This document shows, one piece after another, positions 1 to 9,219 of a DNA stretch of 32,000 nt; the stretch's first letter is position 1, and every line of letters starts with the position of its first letter. Below the pieces are notes generated by a model. The model did not search any database. It saw only the letters and a list, made by a program, of their open reading frames with translations, and was not told where the DNA came from. Source of the DNA: Zygophlyctis sp. KS116. Lineage: Eukaryota > Fungi > Chytridiomycota. The translations under genes and the position numbers were made by a program. The stretch spans positions 17,567 to 49,566 of the forward strand of contig BAAFSQ010000057.1 in NCBI GenBank assembly GCA_054661495.1. The letters are read 5' to 3'.

Positions 1-229
1 GTTTAATGACAACAGAGCCTTTTGTAACTTTTCTCATGTTAAACCCGACTGTAGGAATCATATCTTCACTAAATGCTCCATTTGCGATTACATTGACAAG
101 AGTTGTTTTTCCAGAATTTTGTAGTCCGACAAGCGTCAGTTCCATTTCTAAAAATCAATATTGTAAATTACCAGTCTTGAAGAAGAGGCTCTTTAGCCAT
201 ACAAGGAAATTTGTTAAAAAGGAAAACAT
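1..229 (-). CDS. ARL8: ADP-ribosylation factor-like GTPase ARL8 (5' part; continues beyond the window start)
   Basis: Not in the ORF track. ATG at 229 and a 24-nt intron at 148-171 give [68 protein letters not shown], the ARL8 N-terminus with P-loop. Confidence 0.95.
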
Positions 230-300
230 GAATTTTTATTAACGCGAAAAAACAGACACAAGAGAGAATTGAACCTGGGCACTTTGCATCTAATAAAATC

Positions 301-531
301 TTAAATTATAATGGCTTTATTATCAATGGATTTATCTAGTGTCTCTAGACTTGAATTATTTTGATCCTTTACTTTGCTTACGAGATTTGATTTTTTACTC
401 CTAAATTGTAATAATTCTCTGATTTCATTTCTTTTCCATCGGGTTTCAAATGCCAAGGAAGCTAAAACTAACCATCCACTCAATGAAAGAATTGAGGGAG
501 TAGACTTTTTCAGAAATGCTGAAATTTGCAT
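301..531 (-). CDS. Small hypothetical protein (76 aa from ATG at 531) with one hydrophobic segment
   Basis: MQISAFLKKSTPSILSLSGWLVLASLAFETRWKRNE...; fills an otherwise large gap in a gene-dense region. No family recognised. Confidence 0.4.
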   Translation of the reverse strand: MQISAFLKKSTPSILSLSGWLVLASLAFETRWKRNEIRELLQFRSKKSNLVSKVKDQNNSSLETLDKSIDNKAIII

Positions 532-700
532 TACTTTTCTGCTAATTACTTTTCCTACTTTGCACCTAGACACTTGTACAAGTATTTCAGAGATTCATCT
601 TTACAGTTTGCCCAAAATTACAATTTAATAAATTATAAAGTGTTTTGATTTTGAACAATTTCCTGCCATTTTTGCCATTTGTGGCGTTTTGAGGTGGAAA

Positions 701-3140
701 ATGGATTTCAAGTTTAGCAAAACATTAAACGGATCGACAATACTATTTCCGGACAATGAGAGTCAGAGATACTATAATGAGATTGCAGAAAATAAATCAA
801 GAGGGCTAAGAAAGGAAGATGCATTAGAATGTTTTGGGCAGATGCATTCTTCAATGGATGCAATTATTAGTCTACTTTATGATGAAAAGGTACATTATGA
901 TGTGGTTTTACAAGTTTCTAATAAGAACAATTCAAGCGATGCTTTGTATCTGCAGAATCTATATATAATGGAATTATTAAAGTTTGGATGTATAATCTCT
1001 AGGGAAAACTCACCATTGAATAAGAATGTTGGGGTTTTTCTGGTTTTAATGCCATTTTGGAGACTGGTGGATGAGGCTGAAAGGATTCAGTTGAAATTGC
1101 CATTGAAATCTCATCATTTTGATGTTGTGAAAGCAAGGTTCTGGGGAGCTAATAAACGTCCGATATTTGGGATTGATCGTTGGAGAGCAAGAGATTTATA
1201 CGCAGAAGTTAAAACTCTAAATGGACGATTTTCATCGACAAGAATGAAGTATTTTTTGAATCAAAAAGGAAAAACGGATTCTGAACTTTTTTCAAGTGCC
1301 CAAAGGAATTTGCTCAGTTATAATATTTTGCATAGGATCATTATTAATTTAGATGATTTAAATTTAAAGCAAGATTCAGAACGGTTGGATTTGGATGGAT
1401 TAGTGAATTTAAATGTTTTTACAACTTATTATCCATTACATGATGGGCAGGCAGATAAATCTTTGGCTAATCCAAGATCTATTCTTAATATGTCTTGGAA
1501 GGGATGGCTTAGTCCACAACCTGTTCATTTAATAAGATCTTATTTTGGGGAGCAAATTGCATTTCATTTTGCTTGGATGGATCATGCGACTTGGTGGATG
1601 TTTATCTTGGGGATTATTGGTGTGTTTGTATTCTTTTATGGGCTAGTAAAGGCAATTATTATTAATAAGTATAATTTAATTGATTTTTAAATGCTAGGAA
1701 CACTATAAATACGGATACTTTAAAGACAATTAGAAGGCAGACATTTTATTCTACTGTTTTTGATAATGAAATGACGATAGTTTTTGGTTTTATTACTTCT
1801 CTGTGGGGACTAGCTCAGGTGAAATTTTGGAAAAGAAGATCGAATTATCTCTCAGTATTTTGGACAACTGATAAATATCTAGTGGAGGAAGCACCGAGGC
1901 CTTTATGGAAATCTACAGAACGGACTCCAAATCCTATAACAGGTGAATTGGAACCACATTTTCCTACAAAACAAGTTATTAAGAAGAGAATGTTCTCTTT
2001 TCTGGGAATAATTGCAACTGTAAGATACTACTTCCTAATCAAAAGTTTCTCCTATTGGCTCTAAATGTGATGCTATATGTGATTTATAACAGTGCTATCA
2101 GAACCAAATTTGCAAAAGATATATCCATTTCAAAATATAGCTCTCTTGTTAGTGCAGTTATATCGTTTATTACTATCCAGATACTAAGTCCCGTGTGCTC
2201 TTACATAGCATTAAAGCTTAATGACTATGAAAATCACAAGACTAGTACCGAATATTATGACAGTTTGATTGCTAAAAGACTAACATTTGATTTTGTGAAC
2301 TATTATGGGATCATTACATATTTAGCTGTGGTTCATGTGTGGGTGCAAGCCGGTATTTTTGGACAGGCTAGTTTAATAGACGGATGTTTTAATGCAGACC
2401 CCACAGATCCTTCTGCACAATCATGTATGATGGATTTAACTATTCAGATGGGTGTTATTTTTGTTGCTCGAGCTCAAGTGAGACATTTATTCAATTATTT
2501 AGAGCCTGTATGGACTCGTTTCGTCGAAAGTATCAAGTATGGTGGGTTAAAAGCCAGTTTTAATTCATTGGGCTCCAAGTATTCGTACAAAAGCTCTTTA
2601 AGCTCTAATATACCACAACTTTATTCCGATATGACGCTCACTAGTGTGGACAATTGGCAAACATCTTTGGATGGATATGAGTCTGCAACTGTTCAATTTG
2701 GATTCATCATTCTCTTTTCGGTTTCCTTCCCTCTGGCGCCCATACTTGCCACGGTTCACAATATAATCCAATGGAGGATCGACGCAAATAATCTGTTAAT
2801 CCGATATAAACGTCCATTCGCTCAGCAAGCAGCAAGCATTGGAGTCTGGGACGACTGGTTGGTCTTTTTGGCATATTTGGGGATCGCTATGAATGCTCTA
2901 ATTCTCTCATTTACTTCGGATTACATGTTTACCGCTATTGCTTTCTTTAGCGAAAAAACAAATAATGAGCAGTGGTTCATTAGACTTGTATTTGTCCTCG
3001 TATTCGAACATGCTGTTTTGTTAGCCAATCTATTGATTCACAAACTTATATCTCATATGCCCGAAAGAGCAATTGTATCTCTCAAGAGACAAGCCTATAT
3101 TGAAAAATTTCTGTCTGGAGAAATGAAAGAATTATCTTAA
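701..3140 (+). CDS. Anoctamin/TMEM16 family channel or scramblase
   Basis: Introns 1669-1697 (29 nt) and 2020-2045 (26 nt) join the three ORFs in frame. Motifs YYPLHD, QPVHLIRSYFGEQIAFHFAW, FWKRR, ENHKT, QFGFIILFSVSFPLAP, SIGVW, FEH. Confidence 0.95.
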
Positions 3141-3147
3141 GATTTTT

Positions 3148-4177
3148 CTATTTATGGTTTTCAAGTAACAATCCAGTAATAGAATCTAGATCTATAATAA
3201 ATTGTTGAACTCTATCTAATTGTAAAATAGGATTAGATGTCGGAGCTACATTTTGTGCCAAGTGACTTTTTACAATATTAAATAAATTACTTGTTGCACT
3301 AATTTATTAGATTTATAGAATATTACAGTTTTATTTGACCAATCAGTAGAGTTCTTTGACTAACACCCTTTAACATTTCTTCCGCCTCTGTCTCTAATTT
3401 TACTGATTTAAATTGCAAATCTTCATATTTTGACTGTAATCGTGCAATTTCATTATTATAATTCAAAATAACATTATTTTTCTCTTGCATTGACTTGTTA
3501 AAGTCAGTCTTTGATTAATATTATAAATAAATTACTCTTTCTTCTTCAGCCTTTTCTTGAGCACTCCTAGCCCTTAAAATAAGCTCCTTTTGATTAGTCT
3601 CTTTTTAAGAACCTTGTTTGTAGCTTCCAGTGTATCAAATCTTGCAATAATATCCTTAATTTCTCCAAACTCTTCTCCAGTACTTGACAAGACTCCTTCC
3701 AAATACTTTTGATACATTAAACCTAGACATGAACCTAAATTCTAGAATACTTTTTTCTGTAGCGACAACTTGTTTATTTCTAATCCCTGCCAATCTTGCT
3801 AAATCATTTTTCAAATAGATCAATTCTTCTTCCTTTGCCTCTTTTAATTTTTTTTCTTCTAGAGATTTACGTATTGCCCTTGTCCTTTTTGCATTATTTT
3901 CCTTTAAGAATTTATCAAATTTAAGTAGAGAGTCTTTTAATTGACCTTCTTTCCTCGACAATTCTTCCCTCCTTTGTTTTAAAGAGTCTATAGTCATTGA
4001 AAACTCATCCTTTTGTTGATTAAGCCCATTTTCCACTTCCAACATTTCTCTTCTCTTTTCCAAAAGTCTTGTAGCTGGAGTTAACTCGTAATCTTCTTGT
4101 TCTGGAGCCTTTACAAACAACTTTTTTTCTACATTCATTCTAAAGTGCTCTTCCATGTTTGAAAGAGTATAAGACAT
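3148..4177 (-). CDS. CFAP73: Cilia/flagella-associated coiled-coil protein CFAP73/CCDC42 (DUF4200)
   Basis: ELTPATRLLEKRREM...FDKFLKEN..KR.RA signature. Four short GT-AG introns (first at 3723-3750) extend the frame to ...QLDRVQQFIIDLDSITGLLLENHK* (TAG 3148-3150). Confidence 0.88.
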
Positions 4178-4253
4178 TTTCGGATAATTCAGTAGAGAAT
4201 GACATAGTCGGCTTATTAGTGCAGGATCAGCAGGATCACAGTAGTATGCGCCG

Positions 4254-4309
4254 ATAACTCTTAAAGGGAATAATTCTTATAACTCTTAAAGGGAATAATT
4301 CTTATAACT
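4254..4309. repeat. Perfect 25-bp tandem repeat (about 2.2 copies) in the CFAP73/IPA1 divergent spacer
   Basis: ATAACTCTTAAAGGGAATAATTCTT x2 plus ATAACT. Confidence 0.95.
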
Positions 4310-4335
4310 GGCAGGAGTCAAGGGCAGGGTTACCG

Positions 4336-5389
4336 ATGCAATTCGTTGAATTTTTGCCAAACTTAAGCTCAAAAACCATTTTCAAACCCAAAAGCATTTG
4401 CAAAGTAAAATCTGATCATGAAAATCTATCAAATTCTAAAATAGACTTTGACAGTTTTACTAGCATCAACTGCTCATCATGTCAGAATCTACTCTTGTTT
4501 AATAATCTGGAAATCAAAAATGCTCCTTCAGAGTACTGGTATGATCTTTTAGACTGTTGGGCTTGTCATGATGAAGACTACAATTCTAAACTTAAAGGTC
4601 ATAAAAATGGAAAGATTTTGGCTAAAAAAGGAATCTTATTACTCTCTGACTCTAAATTACTGATTCATAAAACTGATTTTCAAGAAAATTGTCTGATTGT
4701 AAGTTATTAAAAATTTGAAAAATTTGAAAAAAAATTAGCAAGGATAAATAGAAATGGCTTTTTAGATTCTAGAAAGCCTGATACAATTATCCAAAAATGA
4801 TAAATCTCAGACACCTTTCATGATGCAAGAAATGTCATGGATGCTACATATGATTTTACAATTACTTTATTCTTTAGAATCTCGTATAGATTTACTAAAA
4901 ATTTAGGTGGCTGATACTATTGTTCAGTGTAAGGAATGTTTAAGTACGATTGGGGAGTGTATAGAGTCTGAAATTTCTCTTTATATGTACTCTATAATCT
5001 TTAAAAATGATTATTGTGAATATTATAGGCCTTGGGTCTATTATTTTTCTAAAAAATTACTAGATTCGGCAGTTGCTTATTCTAGTTATAAGAGTATTGT
5101 GATTTCTGATGATAGGAAATTACTGGTTTGGGTCATTCATTGGGATGTTTGGATAAATTCTGTTGATGAAGTACAGGATTTAGCAAAAATTCCTCTTTTC
5201 CCAGCACTTAAAGTCATGTACAAGGAATCTAGTGATTCTGACTTTCAAGTTTCAAATGATAAATCCGTAGAAACGAGATCAGTCACATCTGATCAATACA
5301 TTGAACTATTAAATCATTTAGAATCTAGTTTTCCAGGCTCTGATTTGAAAGTATCAACTGGATTCAAAATAGGTTATCTCCGACTTTAA
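4336..5389 (+). CDS. IPA1: HECT_2 family protein (Ipa1/UBE3D, E2-binding ubiquitin ligase-like)
   Basis: CxxC, then APSEYWYDLLDCWACH, a second CKEC, and LLVW...ALKVMY. A phase-0 intron 4699-4906 (GTAAGT...TACTAAAAATTTAG) joins the two ORFs. Confidence 0.88.
4740..4863 (+). ncRNA. Intronic box H/ACA guide RNA predicted to target U2 snRNA U41 and U37 (human numbering); 5' half resembles yeast snR81
   Basis: Hairpin 1 at 4742-4792, H box AAAUGA at 4795-4800, hairpin 2 at 4802-4856, ACA at 4858-4860. Pockets AGAA/GAUAC and CAGA/CUACAU are complementary to U2 GUGUAGUAUCUGUUCU at 15 and 14 nt from their boxes. Confidence 0.85.
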
Positions 5390-5598
5390 ATCGCGTGGCT
5401 GCATGTCCTTATCAGGTGACCGGTACTCCGGAGGGGTAAGCGTGTATATAACTGGTAGAGGCTGATGTACTGATTGATGGATGAATAGGATAGATTGATT
5501 TTTCCAGGCTCAAAAGTATAAAAAATAGAAAATATAAGGGAAAAATAGATTTTTAAATTTTTTAAATTTTTTTAAATTTAATCAGAGTATCACTGTAA

Positions 5599-6162
5599 AT
5601 GAATTTTACTCTTGAAGGAGAATGCATATCTTCTACCGCGATTCCTCTCTTGTCCAATCAAAAGATTCGCAAGATGGAGACAAATAAAGGAATTTCGGAC
5701 ATGAAACTACAGGTTTCAAATTCCAAGAAATCATTATCTGCTAAAATACTTCCTGGAGATTGGATATGCAATGGATGTCAATTAAATAACTTTGCTGCAA
5801 GATTAAAATGCATCAACTGTGGTTCTTCCCATGCAGGTGCCATCAGACCGATTGATAGAGCAGGAGATTGGACGTGTCCCAATGACTCTTGTAGATTTCA
5901 TAATTTTGCTAATAGGAGGGAATGTCATAAATGTGGTGCTAGAAAGCCAATCAAAAATATTCAAACTCTTAAATCAGGAGATTGGATTTGCTCAAAACCT
6001 TCCTGTCTAGCTCATAATTTTGCTAAGAGGACTGCTTGTTTTCAATGCGGATCTATTCCAACCTCTAATGAATCTACAAAAAATTCAAATCTAAAAACCT
6101 TTCTTATGGATTATGGTGAATCTCTATTTTCTTCACAAAATCCATTTTCTCCGTATGGATAA
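5599..6162 (+). CDS. RNA-binding protein with three RanBP2-type zinc fingers
   Basis: GDWICNGCQLNNFAARLKCINC, GDWTCPNDSCRFHNFANRRECHKC, GDWICSKPSCLAHNFAKRTACFQC. The true start may involve an upstream exon at 5403-5435. Confidence 0.92.
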   Translation: MNFTLEGECISSTAIPLLSNQKIRKMETNKGISDMKLQVSNSKKSLSAKILPGDWICNGCQLNNFAARLKCINCGSSHAGAIRPIDRAGDWTCPNDSCRFHNFANRRECHKCGARKPIKNIQTLKSGDWICSKPSCLAHNFAKRTACFQCGSIPTSNESTKNSNLKTFLMDYGESLFSSQNPFSPYG

Positions 6163-6640
6163 TGGATAAATTGATTTTTCTAATCTGTAATAAGTAATGT
6201 AAATATATTTTTTAACCTTCTCTCCATTGATGACCACAAGAACAACATCTATAAAAGATTGACATTGGTTCATCTGCTGATCTAATCTGAATCATCAAGA
6301 AGAATGCCCGATCATGTTCGCATTTGCGCATATTATATTTTGAGTTAAAACCATAATCAATGCGGATCTATTCCAACCTCTAATGAATCTACAAAAAATT
6401 CAAATCTAAAAACCTTTCTTATGGATTATGGTGAATCTCTATTTTCTTCACAAAATCCATTTTCTCCGTATGGATAATGGATAAATTGATTTTTCTAATC
6501 TGTAATAAGTAATGTAAATATATTTTTTAACCTTCTCTCCATTGATGACCACAAGAACAACATCTATAAAAGATTGACATTGGTTCATCTGCTGATCTAA
6601 TCTGAATCATCAAGAAGAATGCCCGATCATGTTCGCATTT
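6042..6640. repeat. 284-bp direct duplication (6042-6325 and 6357-6640, period 315)
   Basis: Copies read identical by eye. They cover the 3' end of the ZnF gene, the 49-nt spacer and the 3' end of RPC11. Confidence 0.95.
6212..6330 (-). pseudogene. Duplicated 3' fragment of RPC11
   Basis: Encodes KCEHDRAFFLMIQIRSADEPMSIFYRCCSCGHQWREG* with no upstream part, and has a 1-nt deletion at its edge. Confidence 0.8.
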
Positions 6641-6877
6641 AGCGCAAGTTACAAGAGTAGAATCAACATTGTCCCATGCACCTGATCCTCCAAGAATATC
6701 ATCGACTGCTTTTTTATTCAGTTTGGTTGTATGTGTGACACTCTATGATCAGATTAAACATCTTACAGATTCCATTGTATGAACATAAGGGCATGCAAAA
6801 CAAGTTAGCTGATTAATAGATTTCTGAGATTTAGAAAGACTGAGGAGATTAGAGCAGTTTGGGCAAAAGTAGATCAT
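6527..6877 (-). CDS. RPC11: RNA polymerase III subunit C11 (POLR3K)
   Basis: Not in the ORF track. ATG at 6877, 24-nt intron 6743-6766: MIYFCPNCSNLL...CFACPY...VDDILGGSGAWDNVDST...CAKCEHDRAFF..IQIRSADEPMSIFYRCCSCGHQWREG. Confidence 0.97.
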
Positions 6878-7146
6878 CTTTTGAGTGAAATTTTTAACAG
6901 AGAATTCGATTTAGGTGAATGTCCGAACTTATTGGCCAAATGCTCTGATCTATATTTTTACGAATTATTGGCCAAAGTTTCTCATGTATATTTGAAGGTA
7001 TTCATGATGCGATCTACCAGGTACCAAAATAGGCACTCACTAAACTTGTGACGCATCTATTAAAATCAATACGTCATAAGTTCTTCGGATAACGAATTGA
7101 CGATTAGCATAATTATACCTTGATTCAGTGTAGAATATTATAGAAA

Positions 7147-8210
7147 ATGAAACAATGTAAATTGGAAGGGATATTTCCTGTTGAAATTATAAATATGATT
7201 CTAGCAATCTTGGAATTATCAGATATTTCACGATTTTCCAGGACCAATAAGAAATACCACATATACATTACTGATTATTATAAGCCATTTTGGAAAATAT
7301 GCTATATGAATAGATGGAAATGTATTAGATTTTGTCCGAATTGTGTATCGATTCAATGTCCTTGCTCAGACTGGAGTTGTCAACCAAATCTAAATTGGAA
7401 AACTAAATTCATTAAAAGACTTGAAATGGAAAATGATTTCAATGCTGGTGGATATAAGCAATCTATTAATTATGAAAACAATACCTCTTTAAAAGTTATT
7501 GTACTTGTTTTTACTAAAAATTCTAGAAAACTGCAGATTCAACAATTACATTCAGAGGATCAACTTTAAGAATATTTGAACCTGGAAGAGATCGCTCTAT
7601 TCAATTTCAAGACCATAATTCAAACTCTATTACTTGTATTGCATTAAACTATCCTGAATTTATATCAATATCTATTACTGGAAAAGGAATAATATTATAT
7701 GATTATCATACATTATCAGAAAAAAACAGCATTTATGCAAACTCTGTTACCCAAATCCTTTCAACTTCAACTCGACTTGTTTGCATAGACTCAAAAACCA
7801 TGATCAAAACTTGGAAATTATCTAATCATGGATCTAAATCTCAATTTCATTCTTTATTATGGGGACACATTCATGAAATTCAAGATCTTCAATTTTCTAA
7901 AGATTTGCTAATTTCTATTGATAAATTTCAAACATATTTCTGGGACTGGAATACAAAAACTTGTTTAAAAGTCATAAATTTACAAATTTATAAAGCCATA
8001 ATTTACAAGGACATTATTGGACTATTTGGTATTGGAAACATTAAAGTATTTAAAAAGAATAATACTTGTATATTGAAAATACAAGATATTTCTACATCAC
8101 AAATCTTTAAAAAAGAGGATCAAATTGCAATGAATTCAGACAATATCATGATCAAGAGACAATCAATTGATTTTCTAATCAGTCTTGATACACCACAAAT
8201 TACAATCTAA
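7147..8210 (+). CDS. F-box protein with degenerate WD40 repeats
   Basis: F-box FPVEIINMILAILELSDISRFSRTNKK. Intron 7501-7526 (26 nt) restores frame into WD-like repeats (IKTWKL, LWGHIHEIQDLQF, YFWDWNTKTCL). Confidence 0.8.
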
Positions 8211-8214
8211 AGTA

Positions 8215-8490
8215 CTAAATTGATTTCTTAAAGATTTCAGCTTCTAATTGTTCCGCCGAAAGACTGCCATCAATTTTTTCTTGTCCCTTATTAAAAACTG
8301 AATATGCGGACAAGTTCCCCTTTGGAATCGGACTTGTCGACGTGTTCAAATACATCCATACTAGTCCAAGTAATAAAAATACAAACAATCCTATTTCCAA
8401 ATAAATCGCAAGGCATAATAAAAACAGACTTGAAATTGCTAAAATCATCATCATCAATACTTGTAATATTGAACCGTCAAGCCTACACAT
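8215..8490 (-). CDS. SAYSD1: SAYSvFN-domain membrane protein (SAYSD1-like)
   Basis: Hydrophobic hairpin followed by LSAYSVFNKGQEKIDGSLSAEQLEAEI. Start codon uncertain. Confidence 0.9.
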   Translation of the reverse strand: MCRLDGSILQVLMMMILAISSLFLLCLAIYLEIGLFVFLLLGLVWMYLNTSTSPIPKGNLSAYSVFNKGQEKIDGSLSAEQLEAEIFKKSI

Positions 8491-8535
8491 ACACTGATTG
8501 GTTTCTGATTTCTATTCTGATTTCTAGTCTGTAAT

Positions 8536-9204
8536 ATGAGAGATTATCAATGTGAGTTTATTGAATTTGCAATATCATCACAAGTTTTGGTTTTTGGAGA
8601 TTTTGAATTGAAGAGCGGTCGAAGATCTCCATACTTTTTTAATGCTGGAAAGTTTAATAATGGATCGGATTTACTTTTATTAGGACAGTTCTATGCTAAA
8701 GCGCTACTAAATTCAAAGTTGGAGTATGATGTTTTATTCGGACCTGCGTACAAGGGAATTCCTCTGGTCTGTGCATTGGCAATGTCGTTGCCAGAGAAGA
8801 ATGATTTTGCATTTAATAGAAAAGAAGTTAAAGATCATGGAGAAGGAGGATCGTTTGTTGGAACTCCTTTAAGAGGGAAAGTAGTCGTTATTGATGATGT
8901 TATAACTGCTGTAAGATTTATAATATTAATATTACAGGGTACAGCAATCAGAGAATCTGCTGAAATGATTCAAAAGGAAAATGCTACAATTTCTGGTGTT
9001 TTAATTGCTATTGATAGACAAGAAAAAGGGAATAATACGCAAGTTTCTGCTGTACAACAAGTTTCAAAGGATTTAGGGATTCCAGTGATTTCAATAATTA
9101 CTATTTCTGATGTAATTGAATATCTAAGGGGAAAAGATGGAATTTATGAAAAAGAATTACAAGATATGGAGAATTATAGAAGAGAATGGGGAATTAGAAT
9201 TTAG
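8536..9204 (+). CDS. URA5: Orotate phosphoribosyltransferase
   Basis: FELKSGRRSPYFFNAG, LFGPAYKGIPL, FNRKEVKDHGEGG, VVIDDVITA|GTA with a 27-nt in-frame intron at 8911-8937. Confidence 0.98.
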   Translation: MRDYQCEFIEFAISSQVLVFGDFELKSGRRSPYFFNAGKFNNGSDLLLLGQFYAKALLNSKLEYDVLFGPAYKGIPLVCALAMSLPEKNDFAFNRKEVKDHGEGGSFVGTPLRGKVVVIDDVITAVRFIILILQGTAIRESAEMIQKENATISGVLIAIDRQEKGNNTQVSAVQQVSKDLGIPVISIITISDVIEYLRGKDGIYEKELQDMENYRREWGIRI

Positions 9205-9219
9205 AAAAAGGGGCGAAAG

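Noticed and set aside
6-242. 78-aa plus-strand ORF
   Set aside because: Antisense shadow of ARL8.
374-628. 84-aa plus-strand ORF
   Set aside because: TTG start, no recognisable features, and overlaps a more plausible minus-strand ORF.
4254-4309. Repeat as a CRISPR array
   Set aside because: Adjacent copies with no spacers, eukaryotic context, no cas genes.
4329-4342. GTTACCGATGCAAT as an RFX X-box for the flagellar gene CFAP73
   Set aside because: Several mismatches to the consensus and it overlaps the IPA1 start codon.
4751-4786. GAAA...CTGATAC as a hammerhead ribozyme core
   Set aside because: Lacks CUGANGA and the three-stem junction; the H/ACA model explains the sequence better.
6924-6976. 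Twice-repeated CGAA(C)TTATTGGCCAAA in the RPC11/F-box spacer
   Set aside because: Consistent with ordinary CCAAT boxes; too little evidence for more.
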